Position numbers and translations under genes: made by a program. From Caulobacteraceae bacterium (GTDB lineage: Bacteria; Pseudomonadota; Alphaproteobacteria; Caulobacterales; Caulobacteraceae): DNA of 64,000 nt. Location: positions 8,902 to 72,901 of the forward strand of contig DASXCH010000157.1 of assembly GCA_036491275.1 (NCBI GenBank), read 5' to 3'. The stretch's first letter is position 1, and every line of letters starts with the position of its first letter. Of the stretch, positions 10,694 to 20,890 are shown piece after piece. The notes under the pieces are model-generated. The model saw nothing but the letters and a program-made list of their open reading frames with translations, searched no databases and was not told the origin of the DNA.

Positions 10694-11160
10694 TTCCGCC
10701 AGTGCAGGGCGCAGATCAGGGTGAAGAGCCGCCGCGCCGTATCGTTGTCGGTTTCGACCTTGCCGGCCAGGCGGCGCTGCAGGGTATTCGAGCCTTCGTC
10801 GTGGATGGCGCGCCGGCCCATGTCGAGGGTCTCGATCTTCTGCGGCGTAGCGTGGCGAATGGCCTCGAAATAGCTCTCGCAGATCATGTGATAGTCGCGC
10901 ACCACACCGCGCAGGGGCGTCAGCGAAAGCAGGTGCCTGCGCTGGTACTCCGGTCCGGTGATATCCAGGGCCAATCGCTGATCAATCAGCGACAGGCGAA
11001 GGGCATAGGGACCGCCACCGGCCCCATCGGGCGCAAAATGATTGTCCTCCAGCAGGTCGAAAATGGCGATCTGCCTCTCCTGCTCCTGGTCGCGCGAGGC
11101 CGCCGCGAGGGAGTCCTCGTCGAGATCGACCGATATCAGGCGGTGCGAGAGATCGCTCAT
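10690..11160 (-). CDS. UPF0262 family protein
   Basis: [52 protein letters not shown]. Confidence 0.92.
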   Translation of the reverse strand: MSDLSHRLISVDLDEDSLAAASRDQEQERQIAIFDLLEDNHFAPDGAGGGPYALRLSLIDQRLALDITGPEYQRRHLLSLTPLRGVVRDYHMICESYFEAIRHATPQKIETLDMGRRAIHDEGSNTLQRRLAGKVETDNDTARRLFTLICALHWRN

Positions 11161-11193
11161 CGAGCCCTGTTTAGCCTCAAGGCCCGGGGAGGG

Positions 11194-12477
11194 TCACCCG
11201 TCTGTGCGTCGTATGGCCAACGAGCGGGCGTGGGCGGGCAGGCCTTCGGCATGGGCCAGGGTTTCGGCCGCGCCGGCGATTTTGGCGAAGGCGGCGGCAT
11301 CCAGGCGCGTGAGGCTCGTCCGCTTCATGAAGTCGGCGGTGGCCAGGCCCGAGGAGAAGCGGGCTGTGCCGCTTGTCGGCAGCACATGGTTGGGACCGGC
11401 GACATAGTCGCCTACGGCCTCGGGCGCCTGGGTCCCCAGGAAAATCGCCCCGGCGTGGCGCACGCGTGCAGCCAGCGGCTCGGGATCGGCGAGAGCGAAC
11501 TCAACATGCTCGGGGGCGATGGCGTCCACCAGAGCGGGCGCGCGCTCCAGCGGCGCCAGGATGATCGCGCCATGGTCGCGCCAGGAGGCGGCCGCGACCT
11601 CGCACGTCGGCAGAGTCTGGAGCTGACGCTCAACCTCGATCTCGACGGCGTCGGCGAAGGCGGCGTCGGTGGTGATGAGGATGGACTGGGCGTCCGGGTC
11701 GTGCTCGGCCTGGCTCAGCAGGTCGGCGGCGATCCATGCCGGGTCGGCCCCGGCATCGGCCACCACCACGATCTCCGATGGTCCGGCCAGGGAATCGATC
11801 CCGACCTTTCCATAGACCCGACGCTTGGCGGCGGTGACATAGGCGTTACCGGGCCCGACGATCTTGTCCACCGGCCGGACCGGACCGGCGCCATAGGCGA
11901 GCGCCGCCACCGCCTGGGCCCCGCCGACGCGCCAGATCTCGGTGACGCCGGCCTCCCTGGTCGCCGCCAGCACCGCCGGCGCCAGGCGCCCGGGCGGAGT
12001 GACCATGGCGATGCGTGAAACGCCGGCCACCGCCGCGGGCACGGCGTTCATCAATACCGTCGAGGGATAGGCCGCGCGGCCGCCCGGCACATAGATCCCC
12101 ACAGCGTCGAGCGGCGTCCACCGCCAGCCGAGGGTGACGCCGGCCTCATCGACGAACTCGCCATCGGCCGGCTTCAGGCGTTCGTGCCAGGCGCGGATTC
12201 GGGAGGCGGCGGTCTTCAGCGCCTGGCGCACGTCCTGCGGACACTCGGCCGCCCCGGCCTCGATCTCGGCAGGTGAGACGCGCAGTTCGGCTTCGGTGAG
12301 GTCCACGCCGTCAAAGCGGCGGGTGAAGTCCAGCACGGCGTCAACGCCGTCCGACCTGACCTTTTCGATGATCTCGGCGACGGCCGCATCCACAGTCTCC
12401 GGCGCGCCGCGCGGACGGGCGAGGAAAGCGGCGAAGTTGGCCTCGAAATCGGGATCGGCGGCGTCCAGACGATGCAT
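11194..12477 (-). CDS. hisD: Histidinol dehydrogenase
   Basis: GIYVPGGRAAYPSTVLM, GPGNAYV, IDSLAGPSE, LLSQAEHD, APEHVE, GDYVAGPNHVLPT. Confidence 0.97.
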   Translation of the reverse strand: MHRLDAADPDFEANFAAFLARPRGAPETVDAAVAEIIEKVRSDGVDAVLDFTRRFDGVDLTEAELRVSPAEIEAGAAECPQDVRQALKTAASRIRAWHERLKPADGEFVDEAGVTLGWRWTPLDAVGIYVPGGRAAYPSTVLMNAVPAAVAGVSRIAMVTPPGRLAPAVLAATREAGVTEIWRVGGAQAVAALAYGAGPVRPVDKIVGPGNAYVTAAKRRVYGKVGIDSLAGPSEIVVVADAGADPAWIAADLLSQAEHDPDAQSILITTDAAFADAVEIEVERQLQTLPTCEVAAASWRDHGAIILAPLERAPALVDAIAPEHVEFALADPEPLAARVRHAGAIFLGTQAPEAVGDYVAGPNHVLPTSGTARFSSGLATADFMKRTSLTRLDAAAFAKIAGAAETLAHAEGLPAHARSLAIRRTDG

Positions 12478-12487
12478 GGAACTCGGC

Positions 12488-12919
12488 TCAGGCTTCGTGG
12501 CCTGGTTTGTGCGGCGCGCGCCAGGGATCGGAGAGATCGGCCAGGGCGGCGTCGACGCATTCCACCTCGATGGCGATGTCGGCCCCGTCTGCGAAGGCCA
12601 GCACCACGGACCCGCCGGGCGCCTCGGCCGGTTCGAAGGTCACGGCCAGCAGTTCCAGCACCGCGTCCTTGGCTTCGAGCCGGACGTTCCTCGCCCGGAC
12701 GCTTTCCACACCCCCCAGCTGAAAGCCCGCCAAGACCCTCTGGTCCTTGCCGTCTGCCGCCTCCCAGCGAAAGCGGCTGAAAGCGACCGTGAATCGTCGC
12801 GGGCCCTTTTCCCAGCGGATATCGCCGATGCGGGTCACCGCGTCCTGCAAGGCCGCGGAAATGACCGCCAGATCGTCGGCGTCCTCGGCCAGCAGTCGCA
12901 GAGCCTTGCGTGAGGTCAT
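12488..12919 (-). CDS. DUF2948 family protein
   Basis: LRLLAEDADDLAVISAALQDAV, SRFRWE, VLELLAVTF, IEVECVDA. Confidence 0.9.
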   Translation of the reverse strand: MTSRKALRLLAEDADDLAVISAALQDAVTRIGDIRWEKGPRRFTVAFSRFRWEAADGKDQRVLAGFQLGGVESVRARNVRLEAKDAVLELLAVTFEPAEAPGGSVVLAFADGADIAIEVECVDAALADLSDPWRAPHKPGHEA

Positions 12920-13077
12920 TTTTCCCCGTCCTTCGTGGCGGCCGTGGGCCTGAGTTCGGCCGAACGCGCTTGCGCCTTGCGCCGCTTGAGGTTGGCCCTG
13001 AGCGCCACAGCCAGGCGTTTCTCGCGCGCCGGATCGCCTTTCAGCGCCGGGGTCGGAGGATCGGAGGGCCGGGTCAT
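12916..13077 (-). CDS. Small conserved basic protein (REKRLAxALRANLKRRKAQAR type)
   Basis: 53 aa; motif typical of the small gene downstream of tRNA-Thr in alphaproteobacteria; ATGA overlap with DUF2948. Confidence 0.7.
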   Translation of the reverse strand: MTRPSDPPTPALKGDPAREKRLAVALRANLKRRKAQARSAELRPTAATKDGEK

Positions 13078-13100
13078 ACCGCTTGGGACTCCGGAAGGGA

Positions 13101-13175
<75 letters not shown>

Positions 13176-13448
13176 GTCCCAATTCGGGGGAGGCGCGGTG
13201 TTAGCGAACCACAGGCCCGCGGCCAAGCAAAATCGGGCGTGATGTCTTCGACTTGAGCGCGGATGCTTGCGAGCTTCGCCGCAAGTGATCCGCCGACGGG
13301 GCGGGCGTTCTGCATTTGCGTTCGGCTTGGGGGGAGACCATGCAGCGCCACGTCCCGCTCGCACTATGCCTCGTCGTATCCAGCTTGGCCACCGGTGCGA
13401 AGGCGCCGGCTCCGGGCTCATCGGCTGCTGAGCCGGCCTTCAAACGAA

Positions 13449-13478
13449 ATCGGCCGGGACGTCGCCGCCCCGGCCGAT
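13449..13478 (-). terminator. Intrinsic terminator after glycine-zipper gene
   Basis: ATCGGCCGGG/CCCGGCCGAT stem followed on the minus strand by a T-rich tract. Confidence 0.6.
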
Positions 13479-13501
13479 CGTGCAGGCTCTAGGCGAAACG
13501 C

Positions 13502-14206
13502 CTAGTAGCGGCGATGCCCGCGCCAGTAGCCCGGATGGCGATAGTACCAGGACCTGTACGGACGATAGGTCCATTGACCGCCATACCACACCCACGGGTT
13601 GTACCAGCCAGGGCCGACCGCCACCGGACCGCCGTAGGCGAAGGCCGGGGCGCCGGCCGCGACCACATAGCCTGGAGGGCAGCCGTAGGTGCTGGACGAA
13701 CTCGCCCCGATGGCCCCGCCCGCCGTCGCGCCCACCGCGCCGCCGACGACGGCGCCGGCGAAGTGGTTTCCGCGGCCGGCGATGCCGGAACCGATGATCG
13801 AGCCCAGCACGCCACCGATGATCGAGCCGGCGGCGACATTGTTGTTGCGCCGGTCGATGCAATACCGCGCCGCCCAGGCCGAATAGCGGGCCGCGTAGTC
13901 CTGATCATACTGCTGCTGCTGGGAATCGTAGGACCCGGCTGACCCTGGCGGGGGAGCGTACTGGCCCTGCGGCGGGCCGTAGCCTGGCGGCGGACCTTCG
14001 TCATAACCCTGCGGCGGCGGATTCTGGCCATAGTCCGGCGGGGGCTGGTTCTGGTCATAGCCCGGAGGCGGTTGATTCTGGTCGTAGCCGGGCGGCGGCG
14101 CCTGGTCATAGGGCTGAGCCGACGCGACGGTGGCCTCCCCCAGCAGGGCTGCGGCGGAAATAGAGGCGAGGACCAGACCGGTCGTCGCGCTTCGCCGAGT
14201 GGACAT
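13502..14206 (-). CDS. Secreted glycine-zipper protein with Pro/Gln/Tyr-rich repeats
   Basis: Signal peptide; PPPGYDQNQ repeats; GSIIGGVLGSIIGSGIAG...GAVVGGAVGATAGGAIG; WRGHRRY tail. Confidence 0.8.
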   Translation of the reverse strand: MSTRRSATTGLVLASISAAALLGEATVASAQPYDQAPPPGYDQNQPPPGYDQNQPPPDYGQNPPPQGYDEGPPPGYGPPQGQYAPPPGSAGSYDSQQQQYDQDYAARYSAWAARYCIDRRNNNVAAGSIIGGVLGSIIGSGIAGRGNHFAGAVVGGAVGATAGGAIGASSSSTYGCPPGYVVAAGAPAFAYGGPVAVGPGWYNPWVWYGGQWTYRPYRSWYYRHPGYWRGHRRY

Positions 14207-14354
14207 GAACTTAATTCCTTGAATGTCGAACTGACGCATTAGGACTTAGGACCCCGCGCCTGAACCGTGTGTGAACGTCCCACGCCGGTACGGCTGTGGA
14301 CTGGCAGGTTCTAACGGCTTGGATTTCGCCGAAGTTCCAGGCGGCTGGAGAGCG

Positions 14355-14822
14355 CTATAGCTTCCCGGCGCCGAGCTTGAGGTCCCAGCCGACAATGCGG
14401 GTGGTCTCCAGAATCCGGCTCGCCTCCCACGGATCGGTCGCGAATTTCGAGCGCACCTCGGCTTCGTTCTCCGCGCGCACGGCCAGGAAGGTATAGGGCG
14501 TGTCCTCCAGCGGACCGCCGGCGACCACGAAGCCCGAGGATTCAAGGCTGTTCATGAACTGAGCGTGGTCGCTCCAGCCGTTCTGCTTTTCCAGCGGCTG
14601 TTCGGCATCCCACGAAACGCTGTGAGAACGGGTCACGGCGAAGAGCCTGCCTTTGGGTGTGGACGCCGCCGCCGGCGCCGGCGAAACCTCTGACGAGGTC
14701 TCCTTTGCCGGCTTCTTGCGAGCGGAGGTGCGCGCGACGGCGTCCGCCATGGCTTTCTTTCGCGAAAGGGGTCGCTTCACGGGTTCGGCGGTCGGCATCT
14801 CTTTGGCAGGACTACGCGCCAT
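14355..14822 (-). CDS. YciI-like protein with basic N-terminal extension
   Basis: HAQFMNSLESSGFVVAGGPL, EVRSKFATDPW; Lys/Ala-rich first ~55 aa. Confidence 0.7.
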   Translation of the reverse strand: MARSPAKEMPTAEPVKRPLSRKKAMADAVARTSARKKPAKETSSEVSPAPAAASTPKGRLFAVTRSHSVSWDAEQPLEKQNGWSDHAQFMNSLESSGFVVAGGPLEDTPYTFLAVRAENEAEVRSKFATDPWEASRILETTRIVGWDLKLGAGKL

Positions 14823-15026
14823 GGCGCTGATCCCAGGACTGGCAGGACGGGCAGGGACCGCACCACGCATCCGGCGTCATTGCGCGGACGCTAATCAAAC
14901 CGACTGTCACCACGCGCCACCCCGAACTCGACCTTTGGTCCATGTCTTACACGCGGGGGCAACTAAAGGCGACCCGGTTCGATTCGCGCAATGGACTTTG
15001 ACAGCCGGCGGCCAGGTCACGGCCGT

Positions 15027-16235
15027 TCACCAATCGTACATTGTGCCGTCTTCGAGCCTCGCCACCGGCAGGCTGGCCCGCTTGTAGGGATGACGGGCGG
15101 CCAGAGGCTCATCGATTTCGACGCCCAGGCCGGGCGCCTCGCCCGGATGCAGCGCGCCGTCGGCGAAGGCGTAGGCGTGCGGGAAGACGGCGTCGGTCTC
15201 GGCGGTGTGGCGCATGTATTCCTGGATGCCGAAGTTGGGGACCGACAGGCCGAAATGCAGGGCCGCGGCCAGGCTCACCGGCGAGAGGTCGGTGGCCCCA
15301 TGGCAGCCGGTCTTGACGCCATAGAGGTCGGCCAGGGTCGCGATGCGTCTCAGATGGGTGATCCCGCCGGCGTGGGTCACGGTGGCGCGGATGTAGTCGA
15401 TGAGTTGCTCCTGGATGAGCTGGCGGGCGTCGAAGATCGAGTTGAACACCTCGCCCACGGCCAGCGGCGTCGTCGAGTGGCGGCGGATCAGGCGGAAGCC
15501 GTCGGGATTGTCGGCCGGCGTGGCGTCCTCCAGCCAGAACGGCCGCCAGGGCTCGAGGTCCCTGGCCAGGCGCGCCGCCTCGATCGGCGTCAGGCGGTGG
15601 TGGGCGTCGTGCAGCAGCTTCACATCCCAGCCGAGGTCGGCCCGGGCCGCCTCGAAGAGTTCGGGGACCAGCGCCAGGTAGCGGTCGGTCGACCAGATCT
15701 GCTCGGGCGGATCGCCCTCCCGCGCCGGCTCGTAGTAGAGCTTGTCCTTCGAGACGCCGTAGGTGGCGGCGAGGCCCGGGACGGCGGTCTGCAGCCGCAC
15801 CGCCTTGTAGCCCCTCTCGACGTAGGCACTGGCCTCGGTCAGCGTCTCCTCGACGGAATGGCCGTTGGCGTGGCCATAGACCAGGACGCCCTTGCGGCAG
15901 GCGCCGCCGAGCAGCTGGTAGAGGGGCAGGCCGGCCTGCTTGGCCTTGAGGTCCCAGAGGGCCATGTCGACCGCTGCGATGGCGGTCATGGTGACCGGCC
16001 CGCGGCGCCAGTAGGCCCCCCGGTAGAGATATTGCCAGGTGTCCTCGATCTGTTGCTCGTCCCGGCCAATCAACATCGGAGCGATGTGCTCGGAGAGATA
16101 GCTCGCGACCGCCAGCTCCCGGCCGTTGAGGGTCGCGTCGCCGAGACCGTAGGCTCCGGATTCGGTTTCTATTTTCAGGGTGACGAAGTTGCGGCCCGGC
16201 GAGCAGACGATGACGCCGGCGGCGGCTATCGGCAT
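15027..16235 (-). CDS. manD: D-mannonate dehydratase (enolase superfamily, ManD/RspA)
   Basis: [62 protein letters not shown]. Confidence 0.95.
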   Translation of the reverse strand: MPIAAAGVIVCSPGRNFVTLKIETESGAYGLGDATLNGRELAVASYLSEHIAPMLIGRDEQQIEDTWQYLYRGAYWRRGPVTMTAIAAVDMALWDLKAKQAGLPLYQLLGGACRKGVLVYGHANGHSVEETLTEASAYVERGYKAVRLQTAVPGLAATYGVSKDKLYYEPAREGDPPEQIWSTDRYLALVPELFEAARADLGWDVKLLHDAHHRLTPIEAARLARDLEPWRPFWLEDATPADNPDGFRLIRRHSTTPLAVGEVFNSIFDARQLIQEQLIDYIRATVTHAGGITHLRRIATLADLYGVKTGCHGATDLSPVSLAAALHFGLSVPNFGIQEYMRHTAETDAVFPHAYAFADGALHPGEAPGLGVEIDEPLAARHPYKRASLPVARLEDGTMYDW

Positions 16236-17116
16236 GGGAAGATCTCCATCGGCAGGGCGCCGCGGAAGGCCACGGCCAGGGCGGCCCTCTCGAGGCCAAG
16301 GCGGGCGGCGTCGGCGGGTGGCCGGCCTTGCAGCCGGGAAGCGAGATAGGCGCCGTCAAAAGCATCGCCCGCACCGGCGGTATCGACCGCTTTGGCAGTC
16401 ACCGAGGGCAGGCGCACAGTCGGTTCACCGTCGGCAGACAGCAGGCATCCGGCGGCGCCGAGCGTCAGGACCCCCTCGGTCGGCCCGAGCCCGCGACAGC
16501 GCTCGAGCTGAGCCTCCGAATCGCCGACCCCCCAAACCTCGAGGAGGTCGTCGCGGCTCGGCAGCAGGATGTCGGCCTGGCCCATGGCCGCCTCCAAGAC
16601 CGCCCTCATGGTTTCGCGGCTCTCCCATAGAGCCGGGCGGACGTTGGGATCGAAGGCGAGGATTTTCGGTTTCAAGTCGGCGACGAACGAAAGCGCGGTC
16701 AGCCGCTCGCCGGGCGGCAGGATGGCCAGGCTGATCCCGGTCAGGAAGACGAGGTCGGCCCCGGCCATGGCCTCGGCCGAGGGCCTCAGAGCCGTGAACC
16801 AGCCGCGGGCCGCCGAGTCCGACCGGTCATAGGAAAAGCGCCGCTCGGCCGCGGAGTCGATCTCGGCCCGATAGGCGCCAATGCGGCCGCCGGCGATCGC
16901 CGGACTCAAAGAGCCATCGACGCCGAACCGCGACCAGGCGGCGCGCATGGCCCGGCTCTCGACATCGTCGCCGGTGGCCGAGGCGAAGGCGACCTCGATC
17001 TCCGGCGCCGCTTGCTTGATCTGAGCGGCGACATTGAAGGCGTCGCCGGCAAAGGCCGCGGCTCCGCCCCCGCCGCGCTCGGTCATGCACTCGCCGATGC
17101 AGATGACGCGCATCAT
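16226..17116 (-). CDS. kdgK: PfkB sugar kinase, 2-dehydro-3-deoxygluconokinase-like
   Basis: [33 protein letters not shown]. Confidence 0.85.
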   Translation of the reverse strand: MMRVICIGECMTERGGGGAAAFAGDAFNVAAQIKQAAPEIEVAFASATGDDVESRAMRAAWSRFGVDGSLSPAIAGGRIGAYRAEIDSAAERRFSYDRSDSAARGWFTALRPSAEAMAGADLVFLTGISLAILPPGERLTALSFVADLKPKILAFDPNVRPALWESRETMRAVLEAAMGQADILLPSRDDLLEVWGVGDSEAQLERCRGLGPTEGVLTLGAAGCLLSADGEPTVRLPSVTAKAVDTAGAGDAFDGAYLASRLQGRPPADAARLGLERAALAVAFRGALPMEIFPCR

Positions 17117-18495
17117 GCGGCCGGCGCCAGGACGGCCGCTCTCACCAAGGGCTCGTCTCGGAACGGCTGTGGAAAGAGCGCCGGATCGTCGAGGGCGGCG
17201 GAAAGCGCGCCGCCGGCCGAGCGCCAGGCGGCAAGGCGCGGTCCCTGAGGGTCTTTCACCCTCCCCTCGCCGGCCGCCGCCAGCCAGGCGCGGATCGTGG
17301 CCGCCAGACGCCGGGTCGGCCGGCCCGCGCAGGCGTTGGCGATCAGGATCGGAAAAATCCGCTGGGCCAACTTAACCGAACCGTCCGCGGCGATCTGGGA
17401 GAGGCGATGGTCGAGGGCGGGATTGGCCAGCCGGACGCGCGTCCTCGCCCAGTAACCAACGACATCCAGCCCTCTCAGGGCCGGCGTGATTTCCTCTGCG
17501 ACCATGGCGTCGGCGAAGGCGCCGAGGTCCGCATCGGCGATGGCCTGGCGCAGGTAACAGAGGCCATGGGCGAGGCCGGGATAGGCAAGCGCCGAGTGGA
17601 CGGCGTTTAACACGTGGAGCTTCAGCCGCTCATGGCCCTCGACGTTGTCGACGATCTCCGCCCCGGCGGTTTCCCAGGCCGGGCGCGGCCCGGCGAAACG
17701 ATCCTCGATCGCCCAGGCGGCGAAGGCCTCGCGCTGAACGCTGGCGGCGTCGTCGAGACTCAAGGCCTGGTTGACGCGGGCCCGTTGAGCCGGGTCGCTC
17801 GCGGGGACGATGCAGTCGACCATGGTCGAGGGAAAGGCGACGTTGGCTTCTATCCACGCCGTCAGATCCGGCTCGGCGCGCTCGGCAAAGGCGAGGAGGG
17901 CGCCGGCGAGCCTGGCGCCGTTGCCGGCGAGGTTGTCGCAACTGACGACCGTGATCGGTCCGGCGCTGGCCCGGCGGCGCTCGGAGAGGCCTCTCGCCAG
18001 CCAGCCGACACCGGAAACCGGCGCGGCGGGGCGAGCGAGATCCGCGACGATGTCGCGGTGGGCAAGGTCGAGCGTCCCGTTCGGGCCAAGGTCATAGCCG
18101 GCCTCGGTGATCGTCATGGTGACGATGTGAATGTCCGGGTCCGCGAAGGCGGCCAGGACCTCAGCCGGGTTCTCCGGCGCGAAGAGGACGCGCTTCAGGA
18201 CGCCCACGACCCGCACGCCGTCGCCCAGGGTCTCGACCGCATAGAGCCCGTCCTGCGGCGCCAAGGCCTCGCGCAGCGCCGTCGAGCGGAGGGAAACGCC
18301 GGTGACGCCCCAGTCGCCGCCGGCCGCCTCGACAGCGTCTTCGGTAAAGACGTTCTGGTGCGCGCGATGGAAGGCGCCGGGGCCCAGGTGCAGAATTCCG
18401 GGCCTCAGTCGCTGGCGGTCGTAGCCGGGACGGGCAATGGCCGCCGGCAAGCGTGAGAGCGTCGCTTGGCTGAGCCTTCCGTCCAGGGCATGCAT
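17113..18495 (-). CDS. Mannitol dehydrogenase family protein (fructuronate reductase/D-mannonate oxidoreductase-like)
   Basis: ILHLGPGAFHRAHQ, TMTITEAGY, VVSCDNL, FPSTMVDCIVP, KLHVLNAVHS, DGSVKLAQR. Confidence 0.9.
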   Translation of the reverse strand: MHALDGRLSQATLSRLPAAIARPGYDRQRLRPGILHLGPGAFHRAHQNVFTEDAVEAAGGDWGVTGVSLRSTALREALAPQDGLYAVETLGDGVRVVGVLKRVLFAPENPAEVLAAFADPDIHIVTMTITEAGYDLGPNGTLDLAHRDIVADLARPAAPVSGVGWLARGLSERRRASAGPITVVSCDNLAGNGARLAGALLAFAERAEPDLTAWIEANVAFPSTMVDCIVPASDPAQRARVNQALSLDDAASVQREAFAAWAIEDRFAGPRPAWETAGAEIVDNVEGHERLKLHVLNAVHSALAYPGLAHGLCYLRQAIADADLGAFADAMVAEEITPALRGLDVVGYWARTRVRLANPALDHRLSQIAADGSVKLAQRIFPILIANACAGRPTRRLAATIRAWLAAAGEGRVKDPQGPRLAAWRSAGGALSAALDDPALFPQPFRDEPLVRAAVLAPAA

Positions 18496-18544
18496 CGCGA
18501 TCCCAGCCTGTGCAAGCGCGCCTTCGGCGTGTCAATTGACGCCC

Positions 18545-20869
18545 ATGCGCCGCGCAAGCCTCGACGCCCCGCCGATCTTCCGCCTGGCCAATCGCGCTCC
18601 CGGCCGGCTCGATCTGGAGAGCGACACCGCGGCGCGGGCCCATGTCTTGGTGCTGGAAGATGACATCGTCCGCCTGCTGGTCCTGCCGGAAGGCGGGATC
18701 ACCGGGCCGCCCACCTGGTCGATCGCGCCGGGCGCCGCGGACGTATCCGCCGAGGGCCGCGACCGGTTCGACGTCTCCGGGTTCGCACTGCCTGAGGCGA
18801 AGGTCTCGGAGGCTGACGGGACGCTCGTCGTCGAGACCGCGCGGATCCGGCTTTCCATCCACCTCGCCGGTCTGAGGTGTCGGTGGCAGGTCTTTGATGG
18901 AGAATGGAAAGAGGCCTTCAGAGATCGACCGACCCAGGCCTATGACTTCGGATGGTGGGACGGCAAGGTCCGCCACTATCTGGCGCGCGGGACCGACGAG
19001 GAGGTGTTCGGCCTGGGCGAGGTTTCCGGCGACCAGGACCGCAGCGGCCGGCGCATCCGCCTCGCACCCATCGACGCCTTCGGCTACAGCGCCCGCACCT
19101 CGGGGCCGCTCTACAAGCACATCCCGTTCTCGATCACCCGCCGGCCACGAACGGGGGTCTCGTTCGGCCTCTATTACGACACCTACGCCGACTGCGCCTT
19201 CGACCTCGGCTGCGAGCGCGACAACTACCACGGTCTCTATCGCAGCTTCGAAGCCGAGGCCGGCGATCTCGACCTCTATGTCATCGCCGGCGCCGATCCC
19301 GGCGCCATCGCCCGCCGCTTCACCTGGCTCACCGGCCGCCCGACGCTCATGCCCGCCTGGTCCCTGGGCTATTCCGGCTCGACCATGGCGTTGGCCGACG
19401 CGGCGGATGCGCCGGACCAGCTTCTCGCCTGGCTGGACCAGTGCCGGGCCAGGGACATCCGCTGCCCGTCCTTCCATCTCTCGTCCGGCTACAGCAAGAC
19501 AGGCGGGCGGCGGTACGTCTTCCACTGGAACCTGGAAAGGTTTCCTGACCCGGCGAGGTTCCTGGCCGCCTTCGCCGATCGCCGTGTGCGGCTCGCCGCC
19601 AACATCAAGCCGGCCCTGCTCGCCACGCACCCGGACTTCGAAGAGGCGGCCGCGAGGGGCCTCTTCATCCGCCAGGCGGCCGGCGCCCCGGCTCTGGCCC
19701 AGTTCTGGGACGGCCTGGGCGCCTGGCTCGATTTCACCAATCCCGACACCCAGGCCTGGTGGAAAGCCAAGGTCACGACCTCGCTGCTCGATGTGGGCGT
19801 CGCCGCCACCTGGAACGACAACAACGAGTTCGAGGTCTGGTCGCCATCGGCCGTGACCCGCGCCGGGCCGGCGTCCGCGACACGCGCCGTCCAGCCGCTC
19901 CTGATGATGCGCGCCTCACGCGAAGCCCAGGTCGAGCAAGAGCCGCAGAAGCGCCCGTTCGTCGTCAGTCGCTCCGGCTGCGCCGGGATGCAGCGCTACG
20001 CCCAGACCTGGTCGGGCGACAACGCCACCTCGTGGGAGACGCTGCGCTACAACCTCAAGATGGGCCTCGGCCTCGCCCTCAGCGGCGTCTCCAACAGCGG
20101 CCATGACGTCGGCGGCTTCGCCGGTCCGCCGCCCGATCCCGAGCTCCTCACTCGCTGGGTCGAGATGGGGATCTTCATGCCCCGCTTCTCCATCCACTCG
20201 TGGAACGACGACGGCTCGGTCAATTCGCCGTGGATGCATGAGGGAGTCGCCGACGCCACTGCCGACCTGATCCGGTTTCGCGGCCGATGCCAGCCCTATC
20301 TCCATTATCTTTCATGGCGTTATGCACGAAACTTCGAGCCAATCTGGCGACCGGTCTTCTACGATTTCCCGGACGATCCGGCCTCTTACGAAGAGCGCGA
20401 CGACTTCATGCTGGGGCCGTCGCTCCTGGTCGCCCCGGTGGTCGATCCGGGCGTGGATGAGCGGCTCGTGCGGCTTCCGGCCGGCGCCGCCTGGATCGAT
20501 CCCTGGACGGGGGCGCGGCACGAAGGTGGGACGACGATCACCCTCCCCGCTCCGCTCGGCCGGCCGGTGTTCCTGGTCCGTGAAGGCGCGATCCTGCCAG
20601 TCAATTTCGCGCCGGCCCGCTTCGGCGATGAGACCCTCGACCTTGGCTTCGACCTCTACCCGCAAATCGAGGGCATGAGCGCAATCGAACTCTTTGCCGA
20701 TGACGGCGAGAGCGTCGTCGACGTGGCCGGATCTGAACCGGCGATTCGCATCGAAATCGTCAGCGATCCCGACTCCATCCGCGTTCGCGCTGAGGGTCTC
20801 TCAGAGCCAAGGTTCAAGCTGCCGCCGGACGAGACGCGACCGCTCTCAATCGAAACCGACCGCGCCTGA
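18545..20869 (+). CDS. Glycoside hydrolase family 31
   Basis: PLYKHIPF, FHLSSGY, WNDNNE nucleophile motif, QRYAQTWSGDN, GHDVGGF, FMLGPSLLVAPV. Confidence 0.93.
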   Translation: MRRASLDAPPIFRLANRAPGRLDLESDTAARAHVLVLEDDIVRLLVLPEGGITGPPTWSIAPGAADVSAEGRDRFDVSGFALPEAKVSEADGTLVVETARIRLSIHLAGLRCRWQVFDGEWKEAFRDRPTQAYDFGWWDGKVRHYLARGTDEEVFGLGEVSGDQDRSGRRIRLAPIDAFGYSARTSGPLYKHIPFSITRRPRTGVSFGLYYDTYADCAFDLGCERDNYHGLYRSFEAEAGDLDLYVIAGADPGAIARRFTWLTGRPTLMPAWSLGYSGSTMALADAADAPDQLLAWLDQCRARDIRCPSFHLSSGYSKTGGRRYVFHWNLERFPDPARFLAAFADRRVRLAANIKPALLATHPDFEEAAARGLFIRQAAGAPALAQFWDGLGAWLDFTNPDTQAWWKAKVTTSLLDVGVAATWNDNNEFEVWSPSAVTRAGPASATRAVQPLLMMRASREAQVEQEPQKRPFVVSRSGCAGMQRYAQTWSGDNATSWETLRYNLKMGLGLALSGVSNSGHDVGGFAGPPPDPELLTRWVEMGIFMPRFSIHSWNDDGSVNSPWMHEGVADATADLIRFRGRCQPYLHYLSWRYARNFEPIWRPVFYDFPDDPASYEERDDFMLGPSLLVAPVVDPGVDERLVRLPAGAAWIDPWTGARHEGGTTITLPAPLGRPVFLVREGAILPVNFAPARFGDETLDLGFDLYPQIEGMSAIELFADDGESVVDVAGSEPAIRIEIVSDPDSIRVRAEGLSEPRFKLPPDETRPLSIETDRA

Positions 20870-20890
20870 AGGATGGCCGTCTGGAAACGT

